A stretch of 64,000 nt of DNA from an uncultured Planctomycetota bacterium (GTDB lineage Bacteria; Planctomycetota; Phycisphaerae; Tepidisphaerales; Tepidisphaeraceae): assembly GCA_963841915.1 (NCBI GenBank), contig CAWJEN010000006.1, forward strand, positions 1,440,001 to 1,504,000, given 5' to 3'. Position 1 is the stretch's first letter; each line of letters begins with the position of its first letter. A model generated the notes under the pieces. That model worked only from the letters and a program-made list of their open reading frames with translations, was not told where the DNA came from and ran no database searches. Below are positions 9,757-19,355 of this stretch, piece after piece. Both the position numbers and the translations under genes were made by a program.

Positions 9757-11322
9757 TTACGGCGACGGCACGCGATAGATCGTCACGTGCTCAGAGCCAC
9801 GCCACGCGATGCGTTCGTCTTCACGTTCGTCACTTCCGAGTCGGACGACGAAGCGCGCCCCGTGCCGCCGGGCGACGTCCATGAGCTCGTCGATGGACCG
9901 CTCTGCGTACGCCGCGTCCATCTGTTCCTGTGCCACGACATATCCGCGCAAGCCGCCGGCAAAGGTCGACAGATCATCCTCGCCGGTGACGTCGCGCAGC
10001 CGATCGGCCCAGCCTTCGAGCTCGCCGGACAACTGAGGCACGAGCTTGAAGCTCACGACGTGCCCACGCCGCGCGTTGATCGGGAACGCCGACCCGACGC
10101 CCGGCGGCACGAGGAACAGCGTGTCCGGGGGCGTGTGCTTTTTCGCCCAATCCGCCGCCTGGATGATCGCCGTACTTGGCTGCGGCTGGCCGGGAGGGGA
10201 GACGGTGCCGCGGAGCAACAATGAGCCGAAGCTCAGCGAAAGCAGCAAGGCGACGCCCGTCGGAAGCAACCACGCTGCTCGCCGTTCCTGTGGCTGCTTA
10301 AGCCAATGGGCGGCCAGCGCCGTCACCGCCAGCAGCTTGGCGTGTGGGCCGAATCGCCAGAGGCTCAACTGCACAAAGGTCTCTCCGAGGTACCAGAGGC
10401 CTGCCGTCAGCAGGGCGAAGAGCTGCAGGCTCATCAGGAACAGCCACGCGACGGCCGCCACGCTCCACGCCGGCTCGGCCCGGTGTCGCCGCCACGCCAG
10501 CACTACGAACGGCGTCGGCAACACAAACGCCAGCCACAACCACCACGGCCACACCGAAGCGTTGTAATGGTGCGGATGACGCAGCTCGACGTACAGCTCG
10601 ATGAACGGTGCGAGCGGCAGCCCACCCTCGGCCGCGAGCTTCGCCGGCAGGGCCAGTCCGACATTCAACAACGCGGGGCCGATCGCCAGGAGTGAAGGGA
10701 AAAGGTGCCGTTTCCAGCGGGTTGGCGACCTGACGCGTCGCGGCTGCAGTAACGTCATCGCGACCCACAACGGCGGGCACACGACGGCGTAGTTCAAGTG
10801 AAACGCTCCTGCCACGCCGAAGGCGGCGCCGGCGGCGAGGAGCTTGTTCTCCATTCGCATCGCGATGCCGACCACCAACGCCACCGCCGCGACGTTGCCG
10901 GCGTTGAACTGGCCGTCCTGCAACAGCGAGTAGAAGCCCAGCGATCGGTCGCCGACGAGAACGTGGTACAGCAGCACGGCGGCCAGAAACGAAACGGAAT
11001 CGCCGCCGAGCGCACGGGCGATACGCCACCACGCCCAGGCGAGCGCCAGCACGAGGCCGAGGAAAATCAGCACAAAGCCGGTCTTTGCACACCGGATCTC
11101 GAACAGCCACCCCGCAATCACGCTGAAAAGGCCGTGATATTGCAGTGTGCCCGTCACGAATGGATCGCCCTCGAACGTTGCCAGCCCGGCCCGGCGGAGC
11201 GGTTCGAGCAGGTACACCTCGTGGTTTCCGGCGAGGAACGAATAGCCGGTGACCGCGATCATGAACGCCGCCGCTGCGACGATGGCGGCAAGGTCGGCAG
11301 GTGGTGGCAGTCGCCGCGGCAC
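9757..11322 (-). CDS. Multi-pass membrane protein (DUF6798-like; possibly GT-C-type)
   Basis: Many TM helices, AFHLNY and LRHPHHY motifs, soluble C-terminal domain. Confidence 0.6.
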   Translation of the reverse strand: MPRRLPPPADLAAIVAAAAFMIAVTGYSFLAGNHEVYLLEPLRRAGLATFEGDPFVTGTLQYHGLFSVIAGWLFEIRCAKTGFVLIFLGLVLALAWAWWRIARALGGDSVSFLAAVLLYHVLVGDRSLGFYSLLQDGQFNAGNVAAVALVVGIAMRMENKLLAAGAAFGVAGAFHLNYAVVCPPLWVAMTLLQPRRVRSPTRWKRHLFPSLLAIGPALLNVGLALPAKLAAEGGLPLAPFIELYVELRHPHHYNASVWPWWLWLAFVLPTPFVVLAWRRHRAEPAWSVAAVAWLFLMSLQLFALLTAGLWYLGETFVQLSLWRFGPHAKLLAVTALAAHWLKQPQERRAAWLLPTGVALLLSLSFGSLLLRGTVSPPGQPQPSTAIIQAADWAKKHTPPDTLFLVPPGVGSAFPINARRGHVVSFKLVPQLSGELEGWADRLRDVTGEDDLSTFAGGLRGYVVAQEQMDAAYAERSIDELMDVARRHGARFVVRLGSDEREDERIAWRGSEHVTIYRVPSP

Positions 11323-11419
11323 GGTCGAGCACCCTAAGCCAGCTCATGTCACGACCGGTCCGGTGCGGATGAGGTGCGACAGCGACTGTGCGAACACCAA
11401 AGTCTGAGCCATCGCCTTC

Positions 11420-11512
11420 TCCACCGTCCCGGGCGCAGCCGAGGGACCTTGCGGTGTAACGCGTCCGCCGGCGAAGGTCCTTCGTCTCCATGTCATCGCT
11501 CAGGATGACGGA
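11420..11512. repeat. Palindromic REP-like element (GTCATCCYGAGCG...GAAGGACCT family)
   Basis: Inverted arms ...CGGGCGCAGCCGAGGGACCT and AGGTCCTTCG...CGCTCAGGATGACGGA; related copies at 12111-12227. Confidence 0.7.
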
Positions 11513-11524
11513 TCGAAGCCGGAG

Positions 11525-12022
11525 TTATTCGTCAGGCAGCGTCGCGTTCAGCACATCGCTTGTTTGTCGCTCGCGGAATGCGATCAGCCGATCGCGTACG
11601 CCGGCGTCGGCAAGGGCGACAATGGATGCCGCCAGCAGGGCAGCGTTGATCGCGCCGGCCTTGCCGATCGCCAGCGTCGCCGTCGGCACGCCGGCCGGCA
11701 TCTGGACGATGCTCAGCAACGAATCGACGCCGCTCAGCACGCGCGACTGCACCGGCACGCCGAGCACGGGCACATGCGTCTTGCTCGCACACATGCCCGG
11801 CAGGTGAGCCGCGCCACCCGCGCCGGCGATGATGACCTTCAAGCCTCGCTCGGCCGCTCCGCCCGCATAGGTCATCAGCTTGTCCGGCGTCCGGTGGGCG
11901 CTGACGACGTCCTTTTCAAAGGGAACGCCCAATTGCTCGAGCATGTCGCAGGTGTGCCGCATCGTCTCCCAATCGGACGTGCTGCCCATGATGACGCCGA
12001 CAATGGGTGCGGGTTGGCTCAC
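11525..12022 (-). CDS. purE: N5-carboxyaminoimidazole ribonucleotide mutase
   Basis: [27 protein letters not shown] and [10 protein letters not shown] motifs. Confidence 0.97.
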   Translation of the reverse strand: MSQPAPIVGVIMGSTSDWETMRHTCDMLEQLGVPFEKDVVSAHRTPDKLMTYAGGAAERGLKVIIAGAGGAAHLPGMCASKTHVPVLGVPVQSRVLSGVDSLLSIVQMPAGVPTATLAIGKAGAINAALLAASIVALADAGVRDRLIAFRERQTSDVLNATLPDE

Positions 12023-12110
12023 GCCGCACGGTAGGAGAAAGGTGTGCGTCCACGCCTCGAGGCTCCATCGGGGCATCTTGCTTGCCCGCTTGTCCGACGC
12101 GTCACCCCGG

Positions 12111-12227
12111 CGAGGTCCCTCGGCTGCGCTCGGGATGACGGAGCGTGGCGACGGCCGAGGGCACCAAGGGACGATCGGCCGCTCCCCTTCGTCATCCTGA
12201 GCGACCGAAGGGCGTCGAAGGACCTCG
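12111..12227. repeat. Two arms of the same REP-like family upstream of purE
   Basis: CGAGGTCCCTCGGCTGCGCTCGGGATGACGGA and CGTCATCCTGAGCGACCGAAGGGCGTCGAAGGACCTCG. Confidence 0.7.
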
Positions 12228-12244
12228 TTCGGAAATCGATCAGC

Positions 12245-13336
12245 TCAGTCCATCACCAGGCTGTCGCGGTGGACGAGCTCGGCCTGGAAGCCGCCGCCGA
12301 GTTGGCTCGAGCGTTTGCCGGCCAGGGAGCGGCAGGTGTCGGCGTCGTGGTCGACGACGCCGCGACCGATGACGTGGCCGGTGTCGTCGCACAGTTCGAC
12401 CACGTCTCCGCGGGCAAAGGTGCCGTCGACTTTGGAGACGCCGGCTGGCAACAGCGACGCGGCCGAACCTTGGAGCGCCCGCACCGCACCGGCGTCGAGC
12501 GTCAGTCGACCGCAGGCGGCGGCGTGGGCGACCCAGCGCAGTCGGCCGCGAAGCCGATCGCCCGTCGCCGGCTCGAACCGCGTGCCGCCCGGCTTGCCGT
12601 GGACGGCGTTGAGCAGGGCGTCCTTCGATCGGCCGTCGGCAAGCACCATGGTCTCGCCCGCGGCGGTGACGAGTCGGGCCGCGGCGAGCTTGCTGGCCAT
12701 GCCGCCCGTGCCGCCGACGCTTGTGCCGTTGCGAACCAGCTTCGCCACATCGGCCACATCGGCCACGCATTCGACCACCCGGCCGTCGGCGTCGAGCAGG
12801 CCCGGCACCGTGCTCAGCAAGACCAGCATCTCGGCCGACAACGCGCTGGCGACGGCGGCGGCGAGGCGGTCGTTGTCGCCGAACGTCTCGGCACCGGCCG
12901 TCGGGCTCGCCAGCTCGGCGGTGCTGACGGTGTCGTTCTCGTTGATGACCGGCACCGCATCGGCCCGCCAGAGGGCGTCGACGGTATTTCGGACGTTCAG
13001 GAACCGCCCGCGATCGTCGATGTCTTCGCGGGTGACGAGGACCTGGCCGCACCGCAGTCCGACCGTTTGGAAGGCCGCCGACCACCGCGCCGCGAGGATC
13101 GGTTGCCCGACGGCGGCGGCGGCTTGAAGTCGCGGCAGGTCACGCGGCCTCGACTGCATGCCCAATAAGGCCGCTCCGGCACCAACAGCGCCGCTGCTGA
13201 CGACGGCAATTCGTCGTCCCTCGGACCACAATAAAGCAACTTGTCGCGCAATTGACGTCAGCACCTGCTCGTCGGCGCGACCCGAAGGTTCGGTAACAAG
13301 GGCCGTCCCAAGCTTGACGACGATGACGCGGGGCAT
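12245..13336 (-). CDS. proB: Glutamate 5-kinase with PUA domain
   Basis: VVKLGT, VSSGAV, AAVGQ, INENDTV, GDNDRL, GTGGMASK motifs; C-terminal VHRDSLV. Confidence 0.96.
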   Translation of the reverse strand: MPRVIVVKLGTALVTEPSGRADEQVLTSIARQVALLWSEGRRIAVVSSGAVGAGAALLGMQSRPRDLPRLQAAAAVGQPILAARWSAAFQTVGLRCGQVLVTREDIDDRGRFLNVRNTVDALWRADAVPVINENDTVSTAELASPTAGAETFGDNDRLAAAVASALSAEMLVLLSTVPGLLDADGRVVECVADVADVAKLVRNGTSVGGTGGMASKLAAARLVTAAGETMVLADGRSKDALLNAVHGKPGGTRFEPATGDRLRGRLRWVAHAAACGRLTLDAGAVRALQGSAASLLPAGVSKVDGTFARGDVVELCDDTGHVIGRGVVDHDADTCRSLAGKRSSQLGGGFQAELVHRDSLVMD

Positions 13337-13564
13337 GAACCCCGCTTTATAGCCCCTTGGCGGCGGGCAGGTCCGAGAACCGTTCAGGCAGCTGGTGCGC
13401 CTACCGGACCCCGTCCGCGGCCAAAAGGTCGTGTTGGTGCGGCGGCGTGTCCGGCGATGAAAACAGTGTCGCCGACTCGCCCAGCGTCGCAGCAAGGGCC
13501 CGGCCGACACGGACACAGATTCATCCCGCAACGGAAGCACTCACCCTCAACGGACGGACCCACC

Positions 13565-14473
13565 ATGGACACCATCAACATCACCGACGCCCTGGACCTG
13601 ACGCACCTCGAAGAAGCCCGCCGCAACGCCCCCAAGATGCGCCTCGTCGGTGGCAGCCAGGACGACACCGACGCCTGCGAAGAACTCAGCAGCTCGGCCC
13701 CTTCGTCACGCCTCTGTGACACGCCCTTGTTCCAGCACTACATCGAAAGCCTGCTGAGCGGTGACCGCCCGGCGTGCCGTCGGCTCATCGACCAGGCCAG
13801 CGAGTGCGGCGTCGGAAGCGAGCGGATGCTGCTCGAGCTGTGCTGGCCCGCAATGGAGGCGATTCGTCAGCTTTACAAGGACACACGCATCAGCCTTGCC
13901 GCCGAGCACATGGCCACGCGGCTGAACCGTGCGACCGTCGACCGCATCACCGGCGAGCTGCCGGCCCAGCACATCAACGGCCGCAAGGCTCTGGTCCTGT
14001 GCGGCGACGCCCAGGGCGAAGAGCTCGGCGGGCAGATCGTCGCCGACCTGTTCGAGGCGAGCGGCTACGAGGTCAAGTTCCTCGGCGGTGGCATCCCGAA
14101 CGACGAGGTCAACCACCTTGTAGGGTTGTGGCAGCCGGAGCTGCTGGTGATGTTCGCCACGCTGCCGACTGAGATGCCGCTGGCCCGCCAGCTGATCGAT
14201 CACCTTCGCTCGCACAATTCGGCCCCGCAGATGCAGGTCATGTGCTGTGGCGGGATCTACAAGCGTGCCCCGGGTCTTGGCGAAGAGGTTGGTGCGGATC
14301 TGGTCGCCGGTGACGCCGCCGATGCGGTGTACGTGGCCGAGACGAACAAGACGAAGCGTGCGACGGCTCGTCAGCAGACGGTGGGCCGGAACCGTCGCGA
14401 GCGTGTGACGCAGGAGAAGAAGGCCGCCCGCGCCGAAGCCGCCGCCGCCCGTCAGGCCCGCAAGGCCGCCTGA
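13565..14473 (+). CDS. Cobalamin B12-binding-domain-like protein
   Basis: Cap region (LLSGDR...AAEHMAT) followed by a Rossmann-like B12 domain (GYEVKFLGG...VMCCGG). Confidence 0.7.
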   Translation: MDTINITDALDLTHLEEARRNAPKMRLVGGSQDDTDACEELSSSAPSSRLCDTPLFQHYIESLLSGDRPACRRLIDQASECGVGSERMLLELCWPAMEAIRQLYKDTRISLAAEHMATRLNRATVDRITGELPAQHINGRKALVLCGDAQGEELGGQIVADLFEASGYEVKFLGGGIPNDEVNHLVGLWQPELLVMFATLPTEMPLARQLIDHLRSHNSAPQMQVMCCGGIYKRAPGLGEEVGADLVAGDAADAVYVAETNKTKRATARQQTVGRNRRERVTQEKKAARAEAAAARQARKAA

Positions 14474-14495
14474 GTTCCTTCAAGTCGAGTGGAGG

Positions 14496-14556
14496 AGCCA
14501 GAGGTGTGCGACGAGCCGGACTTGGGCCTTGTCGCACACCTCTGGCTGTTCGTTTT
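14496..14556 (+). terminator. Long hairpin, probable intrinsic terminator
   Basis: 17-bp stem AGCCAGAGGTGTGCGAC/GTCGCACACCTCTGGCT followed by GTTCGTTTT. Confidence 0.6.
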
Positions 14557-14618
14557 GCCCTTGAGGTTCTTTGGCCGTTGCCTGAAGCGGTTAACGTCGA
14601 CTAGCGTTAACTGGAACA

Positions 14619-15809
14619 ATGTCAGTCACCACAATTTCGCCAAAGAATGCCCTGCGGTCGCTAGATGACGCGGCTTTGCAGTCTCTGCTCAACGCACCGG
14701 CCGACGATGGGCCTTGCATCTCGATTTACCTGCCGACGCACCGTCGCGGCAGCGAGACGCGGGAGAACTCGATCCGTTACAAGGCGTTGCTCAAGCAAGT
14801 TCGCGAAGAGCTGTCGGGTGGTAATGGCAGTTCTGCCGAGGCCATGAGCCGCGTCGAGGCGCTCGAGCAGCTTGCCGAGGACAACGATTTCTGGCAGCAC
14901 CAGCTCGACGGCCTTGCGATCTTCAGCAGCAAGTCGACGAGCCGCATGTATCGCGTCGGCACGCCGTTCCGCGAGCGAGCGGCCGTGGCCGACAGCTTCC
15001 ACGTCAAGCCGATAATCCGCGTCCTGCAGACGGCCGGTCGGTACCACTTGCTGGCCCTGACGGCCAAGAGCGTCCGCCTCTACGAAGGCGGCATGAACGG
15101 CCTGGACGAAGTGCCGCTGAAGGACGAGGTGCCGCGCAGCGTCATCGAAGCCCTCGGCGGGCAGCTCGACGGCGAGCTCAACGTCAACTCCTACGGCGGC
15201 CTGTCCAACAGCGGCATGTTCCACGGCCACCACGACTCCAAGGACGAACGCTCCAAGGATCGCGAGCGCTATCTGCGGGCCGTCGACCGCGCAATCTACG
15301 ATTACCACCGTCGCGACAACCCGCTGCCGCTTTACCTCGCGGCAGACGTCGACTACCACGACACGTTCTTCGGCCTCACCCACGACCCGCGGGCGACCAA
15401 GAAGGGCATCCGTATCAACCCCGACGCCGTCGAAGTCGATCAGAAGCGGCTGCACGAAGAGATGAAGCAGGTCATGCTGCCTGACCTGGACAAAGAAGTC
15501 CACGAGCTTGTCGAGCAATTCGGCAACGCCAAGGCCAAGCAGCAGGGCAGCGACGACCTCAACGACGTTGCGTTGGCTGCACAGCAGGGGCGTGTGTTGA
15601 CGCTGCTCGTCAGTGACGATATGTCGGTCGGTGGCCGCATCGATCCGGCGACGGGCAAGGTCACCTTGATGGACGAGTCGGACCCCGACGCAGATGATCT
15701 ACTCGACGACTTGTGCGAAATGGCCATGAAGACCGGCGGCAACGTGCGGGTCATTCCCGGTGACAAACACCCTAGCGACAGCGGCGTCGCGGCCGTCTAC
15801 CGCTACTGA
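14619..15809 (+). CDS. Bacterial archaeo-eukaryotic release factor (baeRF3/7-like) protein
   Basis: PCISIYLPTHR, FWQHQLDGLAIF, FHVKP, GRVLTLLV and terminal VAAVYRY motifs. Confidence 0.8.
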   Translation: MSVTTISPKNALRSLDDAALQSLLNAPADDGPCISIYLPTHRRGSETRENSIRYKALLKQVREELSGGNGSSAEAMSRVEALEQLAEDNDFWQHQLDGLAIFSSKSTSRMYRVGTPFRERAAVADSFHVKPIIRVLQTAGRYHLLALTAKSVRLYEGGMNGLDEVPLKDEVPRSVIEALGGQLDGELNVNSYGGLSNSGMFHGHHDSKDERSKDRERYLRAVDRAIYDYHRRDNPLPLYLAADVDYHDTFFGLTHDPRATKKGIRINPDAVEVDQKRLHEEMKQVMLPDLDKEVHELVEQFGNAKAKQQGSDDLNDVALAAQQGRVLTLLVSDDMSVGGRIDPATGKVTLMDESDPDADDLLDDLCEMAMKTGGNVRVIPGDKHPSDSGVAAVYRY

Positions 15810-15814
15810 GCATC

Positions 15815-16171
15815 ATGTCCACCACGCCACGCACGCTCGACGTCAACGTCCCGCACAACCTCGGCAAAGCCGAGGCGCGGCGACGGCTGATGGCCGGTCT
15901 TAACAAGGCAACCGGCCTCGCCGCCGGTGCGGCCCAGGCTGTGCAGGTCGATGTCCGTGAGACGACAGGCGATCGGCTCGACATCTCGGCCAGCGCGATG
16001 GGTCAGTCCCTGACTGGCCACGTTGATGTCTTCGACGACAAGGTGTCGATCCACGTGACGTTGCCCTGGTTGCTGGCGAAGTTGGCTGAGAAGCTCAAGC
16101 CGATGATCCAGCAGCGCGCGTCTGACGCCCTCAAGCTGCCGGGCCCGAGCGGCCCGCCGGCGAAGAACTAG
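15815..16171 (+). CDS. Polyhydroxyalkanoic acid system (PHA_gran_rgn) family protein
   Basis: VPHNLGKAEARRRL and VTLPWLLAKLAEK motifs. Confidence 0.75.
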   Translation: MSTTPRTLDVNVPHNLGKAEARRRLMAGLNKATGLAAGAAQAVQVDVRETTGDRLDISASAMGQSLTGHVDVFDDKVSIHVTLPWLLAKLAEKLKPMIQQRASDALKLPGPSGPPAKN

Positions 16172-16370
16172 CGTCGCGCGGTCGCGTCTGCCACAGCACA
16201 CCCGCCACGCCGCCCACGGAGACAAGGGCGGCGGTGACCATGAGCCAGATGGCACCGTTGAACGCCTGAGACTTGTCAACGGCATCGAGGGCGACCGTCT
16301 CCACGCACTGCGGACACGCCGCCGCTATGGCGGGGCACAGCAGGATCGTCGATAGCGTCAGTCGCTTCAC
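16131..16370 (-). CDS. Small membrane protein with signal peptide and CxxC motif
   Basis: GTG start overlaps the DUF420 stop (GTGA); VKRLTLSTILLCPAIAAA-CPQC, then one TM helix. Confidence 0.65.
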   Translation of the reverse strand: MKRLTLSTILLCPAIAAACPQCVETVALDAVDKSQAFNGAIWLMVTAALVSVGGVAGVLWQTRPRDASSSPAGRSGPAA

Positions 16371-16828
16371 GCAGCCGCCTCCGGCACGGCCATCATCGGC
16401 AGGACGTGGTAGAGCAGGAAGTAGACCATCACGCCCGTCACACTCACGTACAACCACATCCAAAAGGCCGGGCGGCTGTACCGCTTGTGCTTGGCCCATT
16501 GTCGCTGCGACGCGTGCCAGACGGCCATGCCGATGAACGGCAGGACGAGGATTGCCACGCCCACGTGGACGGCCAGGAACGTGAGGTAACCAAACTTCAC
16601 CCACGCCGGCATCACGCCGATCGACGCCGTCGTGCGGCTGCCGAACGTGAAGTTGCTGTAGAGGTAGCACGCGAGAAACACCGCCGACACGCACACCGCC
16701 GAGACCATCAGGATGCCGTGCCTGCGGTAGTGGCCGCGTCGCACATTGACGTACGCCGCCACCAGCAACACGCCGCTGACGGCGTTGAGGCAGGAGTTGA
16801 CGAGGGCAAACGTTTCTTTGGCGTCCAT
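16367..16828 (-). CDS. DUF420 family membrane protein
   Basis: NSCLNAVS, FLACYL and WLYVSVTGVMVY motifs. Confidence 0.9.
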   Translation of the reverse strand: MDAKETFALVNSCLNAVSGVLLVAAYVNVRRGHYRRHGILMVSAVCVSAVFLACYLYSNFTFGSRTTASIGVMPAWVKFGYLTFLAVHVGVAILVLPFIGMAVWHASQRQWAKHKRYSRPAFWMWLYVSVTGVMVYFLLYHVLPMMAVPEAAA

Positions 16829-16843
16829 GAGGTGGTGCCGGCT

Positions 16844-17458
16844 CTATTCGGCCATCAACTTCTTCGCGTCGGCGGCGAGCTTGGTCATGCCGTCCGGGTC
16901 GTCGTTGCCGTACAGCCCGCGAACCGTGCCGCTTTCGTCGACGAGCAGAAACCGTGTGGTGTGCCCGAAATCGTCTGCGACGGCAAGCCCCATCTTGGCG
17001 GCCAGTGTCGTCATGCCCTCTCGGTCCAGACCGGTCAGCAGGTGCCAGCGGTCGCTGGGGGCGTCACCGGTGATCGTCTCGACGTAGTTCTTCATCGCCT
17101 CCGGCGTGTCGCGATCGGGGTCGACCGTGAAGCTGACGAACTCAACGCCTTCGGGCAGAGCGTCTTGAAGATCGCCCATCTTGCCGACCATCATCGGGCA
17201 CGCACCGGTCGGGCAGTGCGTCAGGAAGATGAAGCCGACCCACGGCTTGCCTTGGAGGTCCGCACTCGTGAACGGCTCGCTGTTCTGGTCAATGAGCTCG
17301 AACTCGGGCGTCGGAAAATACGCTTCGAGCGGCCCGTCCTCAGCCACATTCATCGACGCGTTGGCGGACGGCGTGCGAGACTGCTGCCACAAAAGCGCTG
17401 CAGCCGACGCGATGGCCAAAGCCCACAAAATTGTCCTCGCCACCTTGAGATAACGCAT
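16844..17458 (-). CDS. SCO1/SenC copper chaperone family protein
   Basis: FELIDQ, FLTHCPTGACP, SFTVDPDRDTP and HTTRFLLVD motifs. Confidence 0.92.
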   Translation of the reverse strand: MRYLKVARTILWALAIASAAALLWQQSRTPSANASMNVAEDGPLEAYFPTPEFELIDQNSEPFTSADLQGKPWVGFIFLTHCPTGACPMMVGKMGDLQDALPEGVEFVSFTVDPDRDTPEAMKNYVETITGDAPSDRWHLLTGLDREGMTTLAAKMGLAVADDFGHTTRFLLVDESGTVRGLYGNDDPDGMTKLAADAKKLMAE

Positions 17459-17459
17459 C

Positions 17460-18314
17460 TCAAGACTCTACGTCGGCGCGGCTCGGCTTGTTGGCCACAT
17501 AGCACGCTGCGGCGAACAGTCCCACCCCTGCCGCCGCCGTCACCACCCCGCACAACCACAACGGCGGCAGGCTCGACGCGTCACTGCCCAGCCCGCTTCG
17601 CAGCCCCGCCAACCCGTACGTCAGCGGGTTCGCGTAAGTCAGCCACCGCACCGGTGCGAATTCTGCCGCCCCGATCGGGAAGACCGCGCCGCTGAGGAAC
17701 CACAAGGGCATCAGCAGCAGGTTCATCGCCACGTGATACCCCTGCGTACTTGTCATCGGCCACGCCAGCAGCACGCCTAGGGACACGAGCGCGAAGCTCA
17801 GCCCGATCACGAAGAGGGCCGCGATCAGGAAGCCGACGATGCCGAACGAAACGCCCGCCAGTGGAGACAGGACGAGCAGCAGCAGCGCCTGCGCCGCCGC
17901 CAGCGAACCGCCGCCGAGCACCTTGCCCAGCACCACACTCCAACGCGGCACCGGGGCCGTCAGCACGCCCTGCATGAACCCCTCGCGGCGGTCCTCGATC
18001 AGGGTAATGGTCGCAAAAATGGCCGTAAACAGGACGACCATCAGCAACATGCCCGGGAAGAAGTAGGTCAGGTATGCCTCGTCGCTGCCGGGGGCCTTGA
18101 AGCTGTCACCCATGCCGCCGCCCAGGAGCAGCCAGAAGACGACGGGCGTCAGGATCGCCCCGATGACGCGGTTGCGTTGCCTTAAGAATCGGACCCACTC
18201 GCGCGACGCCAGCGCCATCGCCGCCGACAGAGGGGCGGCTGTGACCGCCGTCGGACGGCGAAGGGTCGACGCGGGTTCGACGACGGAAAGCGGAGCGGTC
18301 GCGGCTTGTGTCAA
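17460..18314 (-). CDS. ABC-2 type transporter permease
   Basis: FFPG, DRREGFM, LSGAVFP and NPLTY motifs; about six TM helices. Confidence 0.9.
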   Translation of the reverse strand: MTQAATAPLSVVEPASTLRRPTAVTAAPLSAAMALASREWVRFLRQRNRVIGAILTPVVFWLLLGGGMGDSFKAPGSDEAYLTYFFPGMLLMVVLFTAIFATITLIEDRREGFMQGVLTAPVPRWSVVLGKVLGGGSLAAAQALLLLVLSPLAGVSFGIVGFLIAALFVIGLSFALVSLGVLLAWPMTSTQGYHVAMNLLLMPLWFLSGAVFPIGAAEFAPVRWLTYANPLTYGLAGLRSGLGSDASSLPPLWLCGVVTAAAGVGLFAAACYVANKPSRADVES

Positions 18315-18365
18315 GGCAGCTCATCCTATTGCGACCGTCTTCGCCGCGTCAGCGACGCAACGCAG

Positions 18366-19355
18366 TCAGTCCAGCTTCACATCGACGTAGACCGGCAGGT
18401 GGTCGCTCGCCACCCGCGCCCAGGGCGTGTCGTACACGCCGATGACCTGCACCTGTGGTGCGAGGTCGGGCGTGGCGACGATGTGATCGATAAAGCTGCG
18501 ATACCGATCCCGCCAGTAACCGCTGAAGGTTTGGACGCCTGCGTCGGCAAGGCTTTGCGTGACGAGGACGAGATCGTTCGTCGCGTCGTCGTCATTGGTG
18601 CCGACAAGGTCGCCGATGACATCGCCGCCGGCTTCGAGCTCGAATTCCTGCACGCCGACCTCGTCGTTCATGTCGCCCAGCAGGAGGACGCCGGCCTCGC
18701 CCTTGGCGGCGAGATCACGGATGATGTCGTGCGTCGCCTTGGCTTCTGCGGCACGCCACCTGGTGACCTCAACGCTGTTGCCGCCTTTGGACTTCTGGTG
18801 CGTGACGCCGACCCAGACCCGCTTGCCGTCAGGCGTCTCGACCAACACGAACGCCGGCCCGCGGGCAAAGAGAAAGTCGCTCCTGGGATTCAGATCGCCT
18901 TCGTCGGGCATCTTGTAGAACTGGTCTTCGGTCTCGACGATGGTGAACCCGTCTCGCAAAAGGATGCCCAGCGTCTGCACGCGATCCGAGTTGCCGGCAA
19001 AGACGACCCGCGTCGGGTAGGTGCCTTCAAGCCACTGGTCGGCGAATGCATCGAGCGAGGCCTGGTCGCACCCTTCTTCGAACACGAGCACGTCGGGGGC
19101 AAATGCCGGATCAAGCAGGACCTGGGCGATTTCCCAGTTGTCTTCGTCGTTCTGATATCGCTCCTGGGTCCGCTGCTCGCGGCCTTCTTCGGTGGCAGGC
19201 TCGGGCAGACCCTTGTCGCGAAGGGACTGAAAGTGGTCGTTCCAGTTCTCGATGTTCCACGTCGCCACCCGCACGTTCCCGGGCATCGGCGGCGCGGCGA
19301 GCGCGGGCGACGCGACACACAGAAGGGCGGCAACGGCAAGGGCGGAACGGATCAC
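18366..19355 (-). CDS. Secreted endonuclease/exonuclease/phosphatase family protein
   Basis: Signal peptide; ATWNIEN, HQKSK, GDMND, IDHI and SDHLPV motifs. Confidence 0.9.
   Translation of the reverse strand: MIRSALAVAALLCVASPALAAPPMPGNVRVATWNIENWNDHFQSLRDKGLPEPATEEGREQRTQERYQNDEDNWEIAQVLLDPAFAPDVLVFEEGCDQASLDAFADQWLEGTYPTRVVFAGNSDRVQTLGILLRDGFTIVETEDQFYKMPDEGDLNPRSDFLFARGPAFVLVETPDGKRVWVGVTHQKSKGGNSVEVTRWRAAEAKATHDIIRDLAAKGEAGVLLLGDMNDEVGVQEFELEAGGDVIGDLVGTNDDDATNDLVLVTQSLADAGVQTFSGYWRDRYRSFIDHIVATPDLAPQVQVIGVYDTPWARVASDHLPVYVDVKLD

Noticed and set aside
9460..10224. ORFs containing MFHVE / CSTWN peptides
   Set aside because: These are translations of the parS palindromes and of antisense sequence, not real genes
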